DNA of 62,614 bases, filler included, from Candidatus Babelota bacterium (GTDB lineage: Bacteria > JAGOBX01), in assembly GCA_017999075.1 (NCBI GenBank). It is 5 parts of 5 records of this genome, joined end to end, with 100 filler letters (N's around TTAATTAATTAA, not from the genome) between each part and the next. Parts side by side here need not be neighbours in the genome. Positions count along the whole stretch, not along the records: positions 14,967 to 29,762 come from JAGOBX010000033.1; positions 29,863 to 44,639 come from JAGOBX010000034.1; 3 more parts are not named here. One strand, given 5' to 3'. Position 1 is the first letter of the stretch. Every line of letters starts with the position of its first letter. The translations under genes and the position numbers were made by a program. The notes beneath the pieces are model-generated. The model worked only from the letters and a program-made list of their open reading frames with translations. It made no database searches and was not told where the DNA came from. Below, one piece after another: positions 27,607 to 38,003 of this stretch.

Positions 27607-29475
27607 TCATATTTCCATAAAATCAAATATTCTATTTTTCAATGATTCATCATCAAATCCGAAAGTCGAATACAACTCCTCAACTTCTCCTGCTTCAATA
27701 AACCTGTCAGGTATAGCTATATTTAATATTTTTTTATTAAATATTCTGTTTTCATTTATAAAATTATTTATGTATGCGCCGAATCCGCCAATTACAGAAT
27801 TTTCTTCTGCAACAATAATTTTTTCAAATTTAGAAATTAAATTTTTATAAAAAACCGCATCAATAGGTTTCAAAAAACGGCAATTAACAAGCGCAGCAGA
27901 AATTTTTTCAGAATCAATAATTTTTTTAAGGCGTTTAACAACAGGTCCTACTCCAAGAATAAGTATTTTCCCTGATTCAGATAAAATTTGCGGTTCACCC
28001 AATTTTATATCACATTCTTCAGGCGCAGGAACTGAATCGCCTTCGATATTTCCCCTCGGATACCTTATCGAGCACGGCATATCAATTTCTGAAGCAAGTT
28101 TCATCATTCCTACAAGATCAAATTCATCCGCAGGAGCCATAACACACATATTTGGAATCATCAGCATATAAGACAAATCAAGCGTACCGTGATGGGTGGG
28201 TCCGTCAGCTCCAACCAACCCCGCTCTGTCAATGGCAAAAACAGGACATATATTTTTTTGAAGCGCAACATCATGATATATCTGATCTATGCTTCTCTGT
28301 AAAAAAGTAGAATAAATTGCAATAAAAGGTTTTTTACCTTCAGCTGCAAGTCCTGCTCCGAAAGTTACGGCAAAATCTTCAGTAATTCCAACATCAAAAA
28401 ATCTGTCAGGAAATTTATCTTTAAAAGCATTAAGCCCTGTTCCATCAGGCATAGCTGCTGTTATAGCAACAATATTTTTATTTTTTTCAGCAAGTTTTAC
28501 CAGTGTTTCTCCAAATGTTTTTGTAAAAGAAATTTTTTCTCCTGCAGTAGTTATTTTTCCGGTTAATATATCAAAAGGTCCCAGTCCATGATAAAAAGAA
28601 GGATTATTTTCAGCAAACAAATATCCTTTTCCTTTTATTGTTCTAATATGCACAATCTTAGGGCCTGAATAATAAAAAACATTTTTAAACAAATTTATAA
28701 GTTCATCTATATTATGCCCGTCTATCGGACCAAAATATCTAAACCCGAATTCTTCAAATATAATTTTCGGAACAACAAGATTTTTCAAACTCTCCTGAAT
28801 TTTTTTTGAAATAATTTTTGTAACACCTCCGATTCTCGGAAGATTATACAACGCAGTTTCCAATTCATCCTTTATTTTATTGTACTTAGGATTTGAAATC
28901 AGCTTATTGAGATATTCTGACATTGCCCCAACATTAGGAGCTATAGACATTTCATTGTCATTAAGTATGACAGTCATTCTGGATTTTAAAGACGAAGCAT
29001 TATTCAAAGCTTCAAGAGCAAGCCCTGAAGTCAATGCACCATCTCCTATAACAGCGACTACACGATTATTCTTATTATTCAAATCTCGGCCTTTTGCATA
29101 TCCCATTGCAACTGCAATAGAAGTGCTGCTATGTCCTACAGTCATAGCGTCAAATTCACTTTCAAACATGTTTGGAAACCCGGAAATTCCTTTAAATTTA
29201 CGCAATGTTTTAAAAGAATTGTATCTGCCTGTCAATAATTTATGAGCGTATGCCTGATGACCCACATCCCAAATTATCTTGTCCTCAGGGCAATTTAAAA
29301 CATAATGTAAAGCTATAGCCAATTCTACAGCTCCCAAACTCGCGGCAAGATGTCCGCCATTATTTGAAGTTGTTTCAATAATTACATTTCTTAATTCCAA
29401 AGCAAGTTCATCAAGATCAGTTATATTAATTTTTTTCAAATCAGCCGGATTTGTTATTTTATCTAAATATTTCAT
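27607..29475 (-). CDS. dxs: 1-deoxy-D-xylulose-5-phosphate synthase
   Basis: 'GGHLAASLG', 'WDVGHQAYAHK', 'GHSSTS', 'GDGALTSG...LNDN', 'DRAGLVGADGPTHHG'. Confidence 0.97.
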   Translation of the reverse strand: MKYLDKITNPADLKKINITDLDELALELRNVIIETTSNNGGHLAASLGAVELAIALHYVLNCPEDKIIWDVGHQAYAHKLLTGRYNSFKTLRKFKGISGFPNMFESEFDAMTVGHSSTSIAVAMGYAKGRDLNNKNNRVVAVIGDGALTSGLALEALNNASSLKSRMTVILNDNEMSIAPNVGAMSEYLNKLISNPKYNKIKDELETALYNLPRIGGVTKIISKKIQESLKNLVVPKIIFEEFGFRYFGPIDGHNIDELINLFKNVFYYSGPKIVHIRTIKGKGYLFAENNPSFYHGLGPFDILTGKITTAGEKISFTKTFGETLVKLAEKNKNIVAITAAMPDGTGLNAFKDKFPDRFFDVGITEDFAVTFGAGLAAEGKKPFIAIYSTFLQRSIDQIYHDVALQKNICPVFAIDRAGLVGADGPTHHGTLDLSYMLMIPNMCVMAPADEFDLVGMMKLASEIDMPCSIRYPRGNIEGDSVPAPEECDIKLGEPQILSESGKILILGVGPVVKRLKKIIDSEKISAALVNCRFLKPIDAVFYKNLISKFEKIIVAEENSVIGGFGAYINNFINENRIFNKKILNIAIPDRFIEAGEVEELYSTFGFDDESLKNRIFDFMEI

Positions 29476-29511
29476 AATTAAATTATCACATTTTTATATA
29501 AGTATATAATC

Positions 29512-29762
29512 TTAATTTTTTCTTAAAACAAGCATTTTAGCCAAATCTATCATCAATCTGGAATCTACAGGAATATTTTCTAATAATTTTATAGCACTGT
29601 CAAGCAATTGTAAAGCTATTTTTTCTGATTTTGCAATTCCGATAATAGAAGGATATGTCGATTTATTTTTTTTTAAATCGCTTTTAGAAGGTTTCCCGAG
29701 TTGTTCGGTGGTAGAAGTTAAATCAAGAATATCATCTATTATTTGAAATGCAAGTCCTATAT
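29512..29762 (-). CDS. ispA: Polyprenyl (farnesyl) diphosphate synthase, C-terminal fragment cut by the contig edge
   Basis: Hand translation '[41 protein letters not shown]...' (second DDxxD motif); classical ispA-dxs order. Confidence 0.88.
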
Positions 29763-29862
29763 NNNNNNNNNNNNNNNNNNNNNNNNNNNNNNNNNNNNNN
29801 NNNNNNTTAATTAATTAANNNNNNNNNNNNNNNNNNNNNNNNNNNNNNNNNNNNNNNNNNNN
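29763..29862. other. Artificial contig spacer
   Basis: N44-TTAATTAATTAA-N44. Confidence 0.98.
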
Positions 29863-30358
29863 GCATAGGTCTTATTAAAATATGCGTTTTCTTAAATGTG
29901 ATTTCTTTTATGCATTCCAACCCTTGAAGCCCTGTTCCGCGGAGGAGCCTCATAAAAAATGTTTCTATATTGTCGTCGGCAGTGTGAGCTGTAAATAAAT
30001 ATTCTATTTTTTTTTCTTCAATAACTTTTTCAAATTCCATGTATCTTAAATCTCTTCCGGCAGTTTCTATTGAAATTTTATTATCTTCAGAATATTTTCT
30101 GACATCAATTTTTTTTATAACCAGTTCAAGATTTCTGTTTTTACAGTATTCCGAGACAAAATTTTCGTCGTTAGATGCATTCTGTCTTAAATTATGATTA
30201 ATATGACAACAAACAACTCTGTTTTTTTCGAAAATTTCAGAAATGGATTCAGCCAAAAAAACAGAATCTGCACCGCCGGACAAAGCCACTAGAACTTTTT
30301 TTTCAAAATCAACATTTAACTTTTTTAATTTATCCAGGATTCTATTATATAAAATCAT
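29863..30358 (-). CDS. tilS: tRNA(Ile)-lysidine synthetase, N-terminal part (cut by the contig edge)
   Basis: 'VALSGGADS', 'HINHNLR', 'ETAGRDLRY', 'TAHTADDNIETFFMRLLRGTG', 'IRPM'. Confidence 0.93.
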
Positions 30359-30394
30359 ACTTGATGTTTTTCAATGGTTTTAATTTTAACAGGA

Positions 30395-31225
30395 TCAGCT
30401 TATTTTCAATGACATATCAAAAGCTTTTACACTATGCGTAAGATTTCCAACTGAAATTATATCAGGTTTTTTTTGACAATATTTTTCAAGATTCTCAAGG
30501 TTAATGTTGCCGGAAACTTCAACTATAGCTTTTTTATTAATAACCTCAATAGCTTTGTCTATATCGCATAGTTCAAAATTATCCAGCATTATAATTTCAA
30601 CTTTATTATTTAACGCTTCTTCGACATCTTTAATATTAAACGTTTCAACCTCTATTTTTACCGAAAAATTCTTTTTTTTACGTATAAGATTAACTGCATT
30701 TGTAATACCTCCTGCAGCTTTTATATGATTATCTTTAATTAATACCATATCGTATAATCCCATTCTATGATTTTTCCCTCCGCCTTTGACAACCGCATAT
30801 TTCTGCAAATATCGGAGATTCGGAAGGGTTTTTCTTGTATCAACAATCTGAACGCCATATTTTTCTGCTATGGCAACATATTTCGATGTAAGCGTAGAAA
30901 TACCGCTTAGATGCTGAATTATATTTAACGCTGTTCTTTCACCTTTCAATATACTAACCCCGCTTCCTGTTATTTCTGCTATTATATCGGATTTTTCACA
31001 CTTATCTCCGTCTTTTTTGTAAAATTTGAACTTAATATTATTATCTAATATATTAAATGTTTCTTCAAAAGCATCGATTCCGCAAATTATCCCTGAATCT
31101 TTTGCCATCAATTTCCCTGTAAATATTTTATCTGATTCAAGTATGCTTTCTGTTGTAATGTCACCTGAACCGATATCTTCAATTAAAGCTTTTTCCAATA
31201 TTGATTTTAAAATTGTTCTTTTCAT
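30395..31225 (-). CDS. nadC: Quinolinate phosphoribosyltransferase
   Basis: 'EDIGSGDITT', 'ERTALN', 'DTRKT', 'HRMGLYD..LIKDNH', 'MLDN'. Confidence 0.96.
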   Translation of the reverse strand: MKRTILKSILEKALIEDIGSGDITTESILESDKIFTGKLMAKDSGIICGIDAFEETFNILDNNIKFKFYKKDGDKCEKSDIIAEITGSGVSILKGERTALNIIQHLSGISTLTSKYVAIAEKYGVQIVDTRKTLPNLRYLQKYAVVKGGGKNHRMGLYDMVLIKDNHIKAAGGITNAVNLIRKKKNFSVKIEVETFNIKDVEEALNNKVEIIMLDNFELCDIDKAIEVINKKAIVEVSGNINLENLEKYCQKKPDIISVGNLTHSVKAFDMSLKIS

Positions 31226-31331
31226 ATTATATTTTTCTCCATTTTTTTAAGTTATAGTATTAGTCATGATTTATTATATAAATAATATTAGACAATAAAT
31301 ATATGTTCGCATTTTTTTATTTTGACAATAG

Positions 31332-31751
31332 TCATGTCGGAGTTCCTTTTTCGTCAAAAGCATTTTCAATAACATCAATCTCATAATCATCAGGATAATT
31401 ATTTATATATACTGATGCTGCATCAAACCTGAAATAATAATCAGATATTTTTATATTGTTCACAAAACAATAATATTTTAATGCACTAATTATTTTTTTT
31501 CGTTTGGATTTTGTAATGCTTTCGGCAGGATTTTTTAATATCTCGAATTTTGCCCTTGTTTTAACTTCAACTGCAATTATTTTTTCAGAATCGGAGGTAA
31601 TAAAAATTAAATCTAATTCACCTTTTTTACAAATAAAATTTTTAGCCAATAATTTAAATTTCTTATTTAAATAATATTGTTCAACAACTGATTCTCCGTA
31701 TTTGCCAAGTTCTTTATAAGTAATAGGTTGATTTATTGATTCATAATTCAT
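31332..31751 (-). CDS. YraN (UPF0102) family nuclease-like protein
   Basis: 'GKYGE', 'KNF..KKGELDLI', 'VEVKTR', 'RFD', 'IENAF'. Confidence 0.88.
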   Translation of the reverse strand: MNYESINQPITYKELGKYGESVVEQYYLNKKFKLLAKNFICKKGELDLIFITSDSEKIIAVEVKTRAKFEILKNPAESITKSKRKKIISALKYYCFVNNIKISDYYFRFDAASVYINNYPDDYEIDVIENAFDEKGTPT

Positions 31752-32925
31752 TGACTACTGAAATGCCTAATTCTTTTGGATTGATTACTCCGACTATTTT
31801 TTTGTCGTCATTTTTTGATAAATCTATTATTTTAATTTCTGATTCTGATAAGCGTTTTAAATTTGAATCATATAATATTTTAATTATCGGTTTCAGCGGA
31901 GCCGAATCATTCACCGCCACAACTAATCCAAGTTCTTTAGAATCAAGCTGAGTCATAGTTCCTACAGGGTATATTGCCATATGCATCAAAAATATTTTCA
32001 TTATTCGCGGATCAAATTTTTTTTCCACCATTTTCAGCAATTCTTTCATTACAGTGTGCGGAACTTTTTCTTTTCTGAAACTTCTTTTTTTTGTCATTGC
32101 GTCAAAACTATCAGCTATGCTTATTATTTTTGCATATTCATGTATCTCATCGCCTTTTTTACCCAGCGGATAACCTGAACCATCATAATTTTCATGAAGT
32201 TGCAAAGCTACTTCAGCTACAGTTTCAGGAAACTGTCCATAATTCACTATTATTTTATTCGAATGTATTGGGTGGGTTTTTATAAGCTGAATGTCTGACG
32301 GCGCCAATGCTATTTGTTTTTCCCGTATATGTTTGGGAATTTTTAACATTCCTATATCGCACAATAATGCTGATATTCCCAGCAAACGCAAATTAGCATT
32401 ATTGTATTTTAATGCTTCTCCTATTATCACTGATATTATCGCCATGTTCAATGAATGTCCGTAAACATATTCCTCGGTTTCCCTCTCCTGAACAATGGAA
32501 AGAAATAATGATTTATTTTGCGGAACAACCATAACTATTCTGTCTGCTATATTTAAAATAGAATTTTTATCAACTTTAGTTCCTGATGATAAATCTTTCA
32601 GAATCTGACAAGTTGACATCATCCAGTCATCATATAAGGAAACCAGCTTGGTTTTTTTTGCTATTCCGATATCTAACAAATTTTCATCTTCTGCAGCAGA
32701 AGTTTCAGCAGAAGTTTGAGGCGTTTCAACTTTAGGTGTAACCGTATGTCCTGAAGTAATCCTTCCTTCTGTTTTTACTTTTTGAATTCCCCATTTTTTA
32801 AGAAGATTAATTTCTTCTATTGTTAATGGAGAATTTGGAGAAGCTATTCTACTGCCTTTATCATCAAATAATGGTTTATTGAATGTTATTCCTTCAACTA
32901 AATCTGTTACATTGATTTCTAACAT
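31741..32925 (-). CDS. HD-GYP domain protein (metal ligands partly degenerate)
   Basis: 'YGHS', 'LLCDIGMLKIP', 'IKTHP', 'LHENYDGSGYPLG', 'IADSFDAMT'. Confidence 0.88.
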   Translation of the reverse strand: MLEINVTDLVEGITFNKPLFDDKGSRIASPNSPLTIEEINLLKKWGIQKVKTEGRITSGHTVTPKVETPQTSAETSAAEDENLLDIGIAKKTKLVSLYDDWMMSTCQILKDLSSGTKVDKNSILNIADRIVMVVPQNKSLFLSIVQERETEEYVYGHSLNMAIISVIIGEALKYNNANLRLLGISALLCDIGMLKIPKHIREKQIALAPSDIQLIKTHPIHSNKIIVNYGQFPETVAEVALQLHENYDGSGYPLGKKGDEIHEYAKIISIADSFDAMTKKRSFRKEKVPHTVMKELLKMVEKKFDPRIMKIFLMHMAIYPVGTMTQLDSKELGLVVAVNDSAPLKPIIKILYDSNLKRLSESEIKIIDLSKNDDKKIVGVINPKELGISVVNEL

Positions 32926-33049
32926 AATATAATTCCAAAAAAATTATTTTTATTCATCTTATTATTTAATAGTAAGATAATCAAAATCAATCAAAAAAAT
33001 CTTATTAAAACTTTTATCGTTTCACAAAAATATTTTAACAAGGTCTTAA

Positions 33050-33078
33050 ATTATAATATAAACCAAAAATTAAATCAA
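33050..33078 (-). promoter_or_regulatory. Putative sigma70 promoter for the HD-GYP/yraN genes
   Basis: Minus strand TTGATT-N17-TATAAT. Confidence 0.55.
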
Positions 33079-33184
33079 GAGTTTTATTAAATTAAATAAC
33101 ATCAAATTGCAAAACATAAAAAAACATTAATTATAAAAAATGTTAAAACTAAATTTTTTTTTAATTCTGTAACTTCTGATATTG

Positions 33185-33835
33185 TTATCCCGCGGCTTCG
33201 TTCATTAAATTAAATTTTAATAATTTTTTTAATGTTTGCGGACGCGGATATTTTACTAAATAAGATAAAAAACTTTTTTTTAATTCCTGATTAGATTCTG
33301 CCAGATCTATTGATTTAATTAAAACCTGCGCTGCAACAAATGCATCAAAATCAGGTTGATGGTGTTTGCCGCAGGTTATATCTAATTCCCTAGCCACATC
33401 GCCGATGCTGCCTTTTTCAAAACCTATTATTTTTTTTGCTAATCTGCACGTATCCAAAGTGATTGTTTCAAAATGACTTTTATATTTTGTGTAATGAAGA
33501 TAATTATACATTCCGTAATCTACACCTACGCAATGCGCAGTAAAAACCATATCCGGAGTCAATAATTCTTCAAGATTTTTAAATTCTTCTTCAATAGGCA
33601 AATATTTTGAATTATTCACATCTTCTGTTTTTATTCCTATCAAATCTTCAATAAATTTAGGAATTTGCCTATTTGGATTCACATAGTTCATTACAGTTTT
33701 AGTTATCTCATATTTTTTTCCAGTATTTTCAACTATACAAATTCCATAGGCGGTTATTTTGTGACCATACCATAATGAGCCGCCGGTATTTTCAAAATCA
33801 ATTACAAAATATTTTTCTGGCATACCAGAATTCAT
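33185..33835 (-). CDS. DEDDh 3'-5' exonuclease (DnaQ-like, stand-alone)
   Basis: 'VIDFENTG', 'VNPNRQIP..I..LIGI', 'AHCVGVD', 'LDT', 'HHQPDFDA'. Confidence 0.82.
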   Translation of the reverse strand: MNSGMPEKYFVIDFENTGGSLWYGHKITAYGICIVENTGKKYEITKTVMNYVNPNRQIPKFIEDLIGIKTEDVNNSKYLPIEEEFKNLEELLTPDMVFTAHCVGVDYGMYNYLHYTKYKSHFETITLDTCRLAKKIIGFEKGSIGDVARELDITCGKHHQPDFDAFVAAQVLIKSIDLAESNQELKKSFLSYLVKYPRPQTLKKLLKFNLMNEAAG

Positions 33836-33856
33836 TATAAAACCTCAATATTTTTT

Positions 33857-35149
33857 TCAAATTCTTTCTTCAATAGGAATATAATGTCTTACATTTTCTC
33901 CTATATAAATCTGACGCGGTCTTCCTATTTTAAAAGGAATGCCTGTATGCATTTCTCTCCATTGAGCTATCCAGCCGGGCAGCCTTCCTATAGCAAACAT
34001 TACAGGAAACATATTTGTAGGTATTCCCAGCATTCTAAATATCAGTCCGCTGTAAAAATCAACATTAGGATACAAATTCCGTTCAATAAAATAGCTGTCA
34101 GTCAATGCACGTTCTTCTAACTTTAGCGCAATTTCAAGGCGTTTGCTGTGTACTCCATATTTGTCAACCATTTCATGACATGTTTTTTTCAAAACTTTAG
34201 AACGCGGATCATATGTTTTATATATTCTGTGGCCGAATCCCATTAATCTGAAATTAGAATTTTTATCTTTAGCTTTATCAACATAAAAATCTATACTATG
34301 TCCTTCTTCTACTATTTTATCAAGCATTTCCATAACCTTTTGATTGGCGCCTCCATGAAGAGGTCCCCATAAAGCACATATTCCGGCGCAAATAGAAGCA
34401 TATAAATTTACCTTACTGCTTCCCACAAGACGAACAGTTGAGGTAGAACAGTTCTGTTCATGATCAGCATGAGTTATCAATAATTTTTCAAGAACTTTAA
34501 CATTAAACGGATCAACTTGATAATCTCTGGTATAACTCGAAAACATCATATTTAAAATATTCGTGCAATAAGAGTATTCACGTTTTGGATAAACAACAGG
34601 TTCTCCTATTGATTTTTTATATGAAAACGCTGCTATGGTGCGTATTTTAGACAGCAATCTCGGAACATTTATATCATTGTCAGGTTCGTCTTCAAATAAA
34701 TGAAAGGCATCAGGATAATACACAGACAATGAGGAAACCATAGAAGATAAGATTGCCATAGGGTGGGCTTTTGACGGATAACCCTCAAAAAAATGAAGCA
34801 TATCTTCATGTATTAAAGAATTTTCTGTTAATAATGCTGAAAACCTTGATAATTCTGATTTACCCGGCAGTTTACCGTAAACAAGCAAATATGCAGTTTC
34901 TATAAATGTCGATTTTTCTGAAAGTTCATCAACAGGATATCCCCTATAATTTAATATTCCCTTTTCTCCGTCAATAAAAGTGATAGCACTTTTACATGCA
35001 CCAGTATTTTGATAACCGCTGTCCAAAGTTATAAATCCTGATTCTTTGCGCAAATTACTGATATCCACAGCTTTTTCATTTTCCGACCCTATAACTATCG
35101 GCAACCTGTAAACTGAACCATCAATTTTTAATTCAGCAAAATTTTCCAT
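33857..35149 (-). CDS. gltA: Citrate synthase
   Basis: 'ITFIDGEKGILNYRGY', 'HADHEQNCSTS', 'GPLHGGAN', 'MGFGHRIYK..DPR', 'YPNVDFYSG'. Confidence 0.97.
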   Translation of the reverse strand: MENFAELKIDGSVYRLPIVIGSENEKAVDISNLRKESGFITLDSGYQNTGACKSAITFIDGEKGILNYRGYPVDELSEKSTFIETAYLLVYGKLPGKSELSRFSALLTENSLIHEDMLHFFEGYPSKAHPMAILSSMVSSLSVYYPDAFHLFEDEPDNDINVPRLLSKIRTIAAFSYKKSIGEPVVYPKREYSYCTNILNMMFSSYTRDYQVDPFNVKVLEKLLITHADHEQNCSTSTVRLVGSSKVNLYASICAGICALWGPLHGGANQKVMEMLDKIVEEGHSIDFYVDKAKDKNSNFRLMGFGHRIYKTYDPRSKVLKKTCHEMVDKYGVHSKRLEIALKLEERALTDSYFIERNLYPNVDFYSGLIFRMLGIPTNMFPVMFAIGRLPGWIAQWREMHTGIPFKIGRPRQIYIGENVRHYIPIEERI

Positions 35150-35240
35150 TTTTTACCCCTTTAAAACAATGAATTATTAAAGGAATCAAGTATACTTTAA
35201 ATATATTTTTTTTGCAATATTATTTTATAATATTTTTTTA

Positions 35241-35268
35241 TTGATTTTATATTTTTAACTTGTATAAT
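35241..35268 (+). promoter_or_regulatory. Putative sigma70 promoter for the SphA-like gene
   Basis: TTGATT-N16-TATAAT; it overlaps the track's TTG start, which supports ATG 35329 as the real start. Confidence 0.5.
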
Positions 35269-35328
35269 CAACTACCGATTGTTGAATTATTTTTTATAGT
35301 AAATTTATTAAAAGGGGTTGTTGGAATT

Positions 35329-36216
35329 ATGAAAAAAAAATTTTATATTTTTATTTCATTTTTTTGTGTTTTATTTTTTTTCAGCATTACGGTTCTTAAC
35401 GCAGAACATTATCCGCTCGGCATTGAAGGAATAAAAGCAGGGTCGCTGCCTCCTGCCGGAAAATATCTGAAAGTATATAATCAATATTATAAAACATCTA
35501 AAATTTTAACCCACACAGGCGACAGAATCCCTGTTTCTCCAACCAAAATAACATCATTTGCAAGTGCATTCAGATTATTGTATGTTTCCAATTATGAAAT
35601 TTTAGGCGCTGCTTATGCCGCAGATATAATAATTCCTTTTGTAAATCTTGATATTAATTTTGCAAATTATGATTACAATGTATTTGGATTAAGTGATATT
35701 ACAGTAGAGCCGTTTGCTCTAGGATGGCATAAAAAAAATTATGATGTTACTGCTGCTGCCGGATATACTTTCAGAACAGGGCCTTATGATGAAATACGCC
35801 CGTTTGCTCCAAGTAAAGGATATAATACAATATTGTTAACTGCCGGAGGAACGTATTATCCTGATAAAGAAAAAAAATGGTCTTTATCTGCTCTCAGCCG
35901 TTATGAAATTCACGATAGTCTAAAATCTTCCGATACAAAATATGGTCAGAATTATTTTATTGAATGGGGTATAGGAAATCAATTTTCAAAAACTTTGGAT
36001 TTAGGCATTTCAGGATATTGTCAATGGCAGACATCAAAAGATAAAGGTAATACTGTTTCTGTTTATAAAGACAAAGTTTATGCCGCAGGACCTGAATTCA
36101 CTAAAGTTTTTCCGGATAGCAAACTTATTTTATCTTGTAAAATGCTTTTTGAATTCGGAGTCAAATCAAGAGCTCAAGGAAATACTGCAGTTGTTTCTTT
36201 GACAAGAATATTTTAA
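35329..36216 (+). CDS. SphA/MetA-pathway-like outer-membrane beta-barrel channel
   Basis: Signal peptide, 'HYPLGIEGIKAGSLPPAG', 'GLSDITVEP..LGWH', 'GPE', terminal Phe. Confidence 0.75.
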   Translation: MKKKFYIFISFFCVLFFFSITVLNAEHYPLGIEGIKAGSLPPAGKYLKVYNQYYKTSKILTHTGDRIPVSPTKITSFASAFRLLYVSNYEILGAAYAADIIIPFVNLDINFANYDYNVFGLSDITVEPFALGWHKKNYDVTAAAGYTFRTGPYDEIRPFAPSKGYNTILLTAGGTYYPDKEKKWSLSALSRYEIHDSLKSSDTKYGQNYFIEWGIGNQFSKTLDLGISGYCQWQTSKDKGNTVSVYKDKVYAAGPEFTKVFPDSKLILSCKMLFEFGVKSRAQGNTAVVSLTRIF

Positions 36217-36250
36217 TTTGAAAAAATTATATAAATATATTTATTTCCAT

Positions 36251-36307
36251 ATATTGAAAGATTGACTAAACCAAATATTTTATAAGGAATAGTCAATTTT
36301 TCAATAT
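36251..36307. terminator. Long hairpin between convergent genes (probable bidirectional terminator)
   Basis: ATATTGAAAGATTGACTA (36251-36268) pairs with TAGTCAATTTTTCAATAT (36290-36307), 17/18 plus one G-U. Confidence 0.6.
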
Positions 36308-36326
36308 TTTAATACAATTTTAAAAT

Positions 36327-37871
36327 TTATATTTTTCTTTGTTTTATTTTTTCCAGCAGGTTCAACCCGTTAAATATAGCTTTTCTATTCGCTTTTCTGG
36401 TATCATCATGAATACCTCGGCATGTTATTTTCAATTCAGAATCAGTATCCATCAATTGTATTTCAGTCATAGCTTTTGACTGAGATCCTTTTTCTTCATC
36501 TATTGCAATCTGCTTGTAATGAATAAGTTTCACATTTATTCCAGACTTATTCAATAAAGAAATAATAGCTTCTATCGGTCCTTTTCCTTCTGATATACCT
36601 TCGATTTTATTTCCATCATAATCAATAGAAATATAATATTTGCAAAGGTCTTCATTTATAACAATATCTTCAATCTTAACTAATTTATAAGGCCCCTTTA
36701 CATTAATAATTTCATCATTATAAATTTTAATCATTTCATCTTTAGACAATTCTCCAACCTGTTCAGCTTTCTGTTTCATAACAGGTTGTAAATATAATGC
36801 TTCTTCCATAGTTAACGGATAACCCGCAGCATTGATGATTTCATAAATAGCAGTCTTTCCCGATTGGCTTGTAAATCCTATAAATTCTCCTTCGCGTCCA
36901 ATAAGTTCAGGCTGAATAGGTCTATACGCGCCTTTTTTCATATTTTTTGTTTTTGCACTTCCATCCTGGTGTATTCCGCTTCTGTGAGCCAGAGCATCAT
37001 CTCCTATCAAAGGCATTTTATCATAAATTTTAACATCTGCCATTTCCGAAACAAGAATTGCTGTTTCATAAATCTTCGACATATTAATCGGGATTTCAAT
37101 TCCTGAATTATGTAAAGTTACTGCCACCTCATATAAATTTGTATTCCCGGCCCGTTCTCCAAGTCCATTCAAACTGCATTCCAGCTGACGCGCTCCATTA
37201 AAATAACTTTCAACAGTAGTAGCTGTTGCCATACCTAAATCATTATGACAGTGGACCGCTACAGTAACAGTTTCTGGAAGGGCTTTAACTACTTTGTTTA
37301 CCATTTCAATAAAAACAGCAGGTCTTACCCGTTCCACAGTATTAGGTAAATTAATAATAGTTGCTCCAGCCTCAATTATTTCTAAGAATGATTCAATTAC
37401 AAAATCTAAATTTTCATTACAATCTCCGAAATGTTCTGCGCTGAATTGAATTTCTCCTTTATCGCCAAATAAAGATTTCCCGTATTTTACAGCTTGTACA
37501 GCTATTTTTCGTATTTCCTTAGGATCTTTCTGTATTACATATTTCATATTAAACGGACTAAAAGCAATAAATGTATGTATCCTGGGTTTCGCAGCATATT
37601 TTACTGATTCATAAACTTTTTTTATATCATATTCCATTGCCCTTGCTAAACCTGAAATAACGACATCATCAGATGATATTTGCGCAAGATGTTTGCAAGC
37701 TTCAAAATCCATATCGCTGGCCCCGGAAAAACCCACTTCAATCCCCTGCACTCCGAGTTCAATAAGTTTATTAAAAATTATTTCTTTTTCTTTTAAATTC
37801 CATGGTTTTTTCAAAGCTTGATTTCCATCTCGTAAAGTTACGTCATAAAAAAACGGAATATTTTTTTTCAT
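36327..37871 (-). CDS. leuA: 2-isopropylmalate synthase (DRE-TIM family with regulatory domain)
   Basis: 'YDVTLRDGNQ', 'PRIHTF', 'HCHNDLGMA', 'NGLGERAGN', 'SGIHQDG', C-terminal 'GKGPIEA'. Confidence 0.82.
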   Translation of the reverse strand: MKKNIPFFYDVTLRDGNQALKKPWNLKEKEIIFNKLIELGVQGIEVGFSGASDMDFEACKHLAQISSDDVVISGLARAMEYDIKKVYESVKYAAKPRIHTFIAFSPFNMKYVIQKDPKEIRKIAVQAVKYGKSLFGDKGEIQFSAEHFGDCNENLDFVIESFLEIIEAGATIINLPNTVERVRPAVFIEMVNKVVKALPETVTVAVHCHNDLGMATATTVESYFNGARQLECSLNGLGERAGNTNLYEVAVTLHNSGIEIPINMSKIYETAILVSEMADVKIYDKMPLIGDDALAHRSGIHQDGSAKTKNMKKGAYRPIQPELIGREGEFIGFTSQSGKTAIYEIINAAGYPLTMEEALYLQPVMKQKAEQVGELSKDEMIKIYNDEIINVKGPYKLVKIEDIVINEDLCKYYISIDYDGNKIEGISEGKGPIEAIISLLNKSGINVKLIHYKQIAIDEEKGSQSKAMTEIQLMDTDSELKITCRGIHDDTRKANRKAIFNGLNLLEKIKQRKI

Positions 37872-38003
37872 ATTACTTTTTTATCTCCAAATATTTTTTT
37901 ATTGAATTTTAAAAATATTGTAGTAATATATATATATTATTAATATTTTTCAAGAAATTTTTTATTATGTAATAAAAAATATATTCAATTCAGGAGCAAT
38001 TAT

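Noticed and set aside
29512-30358. Apparent tilS-ispA-dxs operon, and apparent pseudogenes at the gaps
   Set aside because: tilS and ispA are on different contigs. The truncations of tilS, ispA, the TPR gene and the M48 gene are contig-edge effects.
37872-38003. Leucine attenuator or T-box upstream of leuA
   Set aside because: No Leu-rich leader ORF, T-box motif or terminator hairpin in this short AT-rich spacer.
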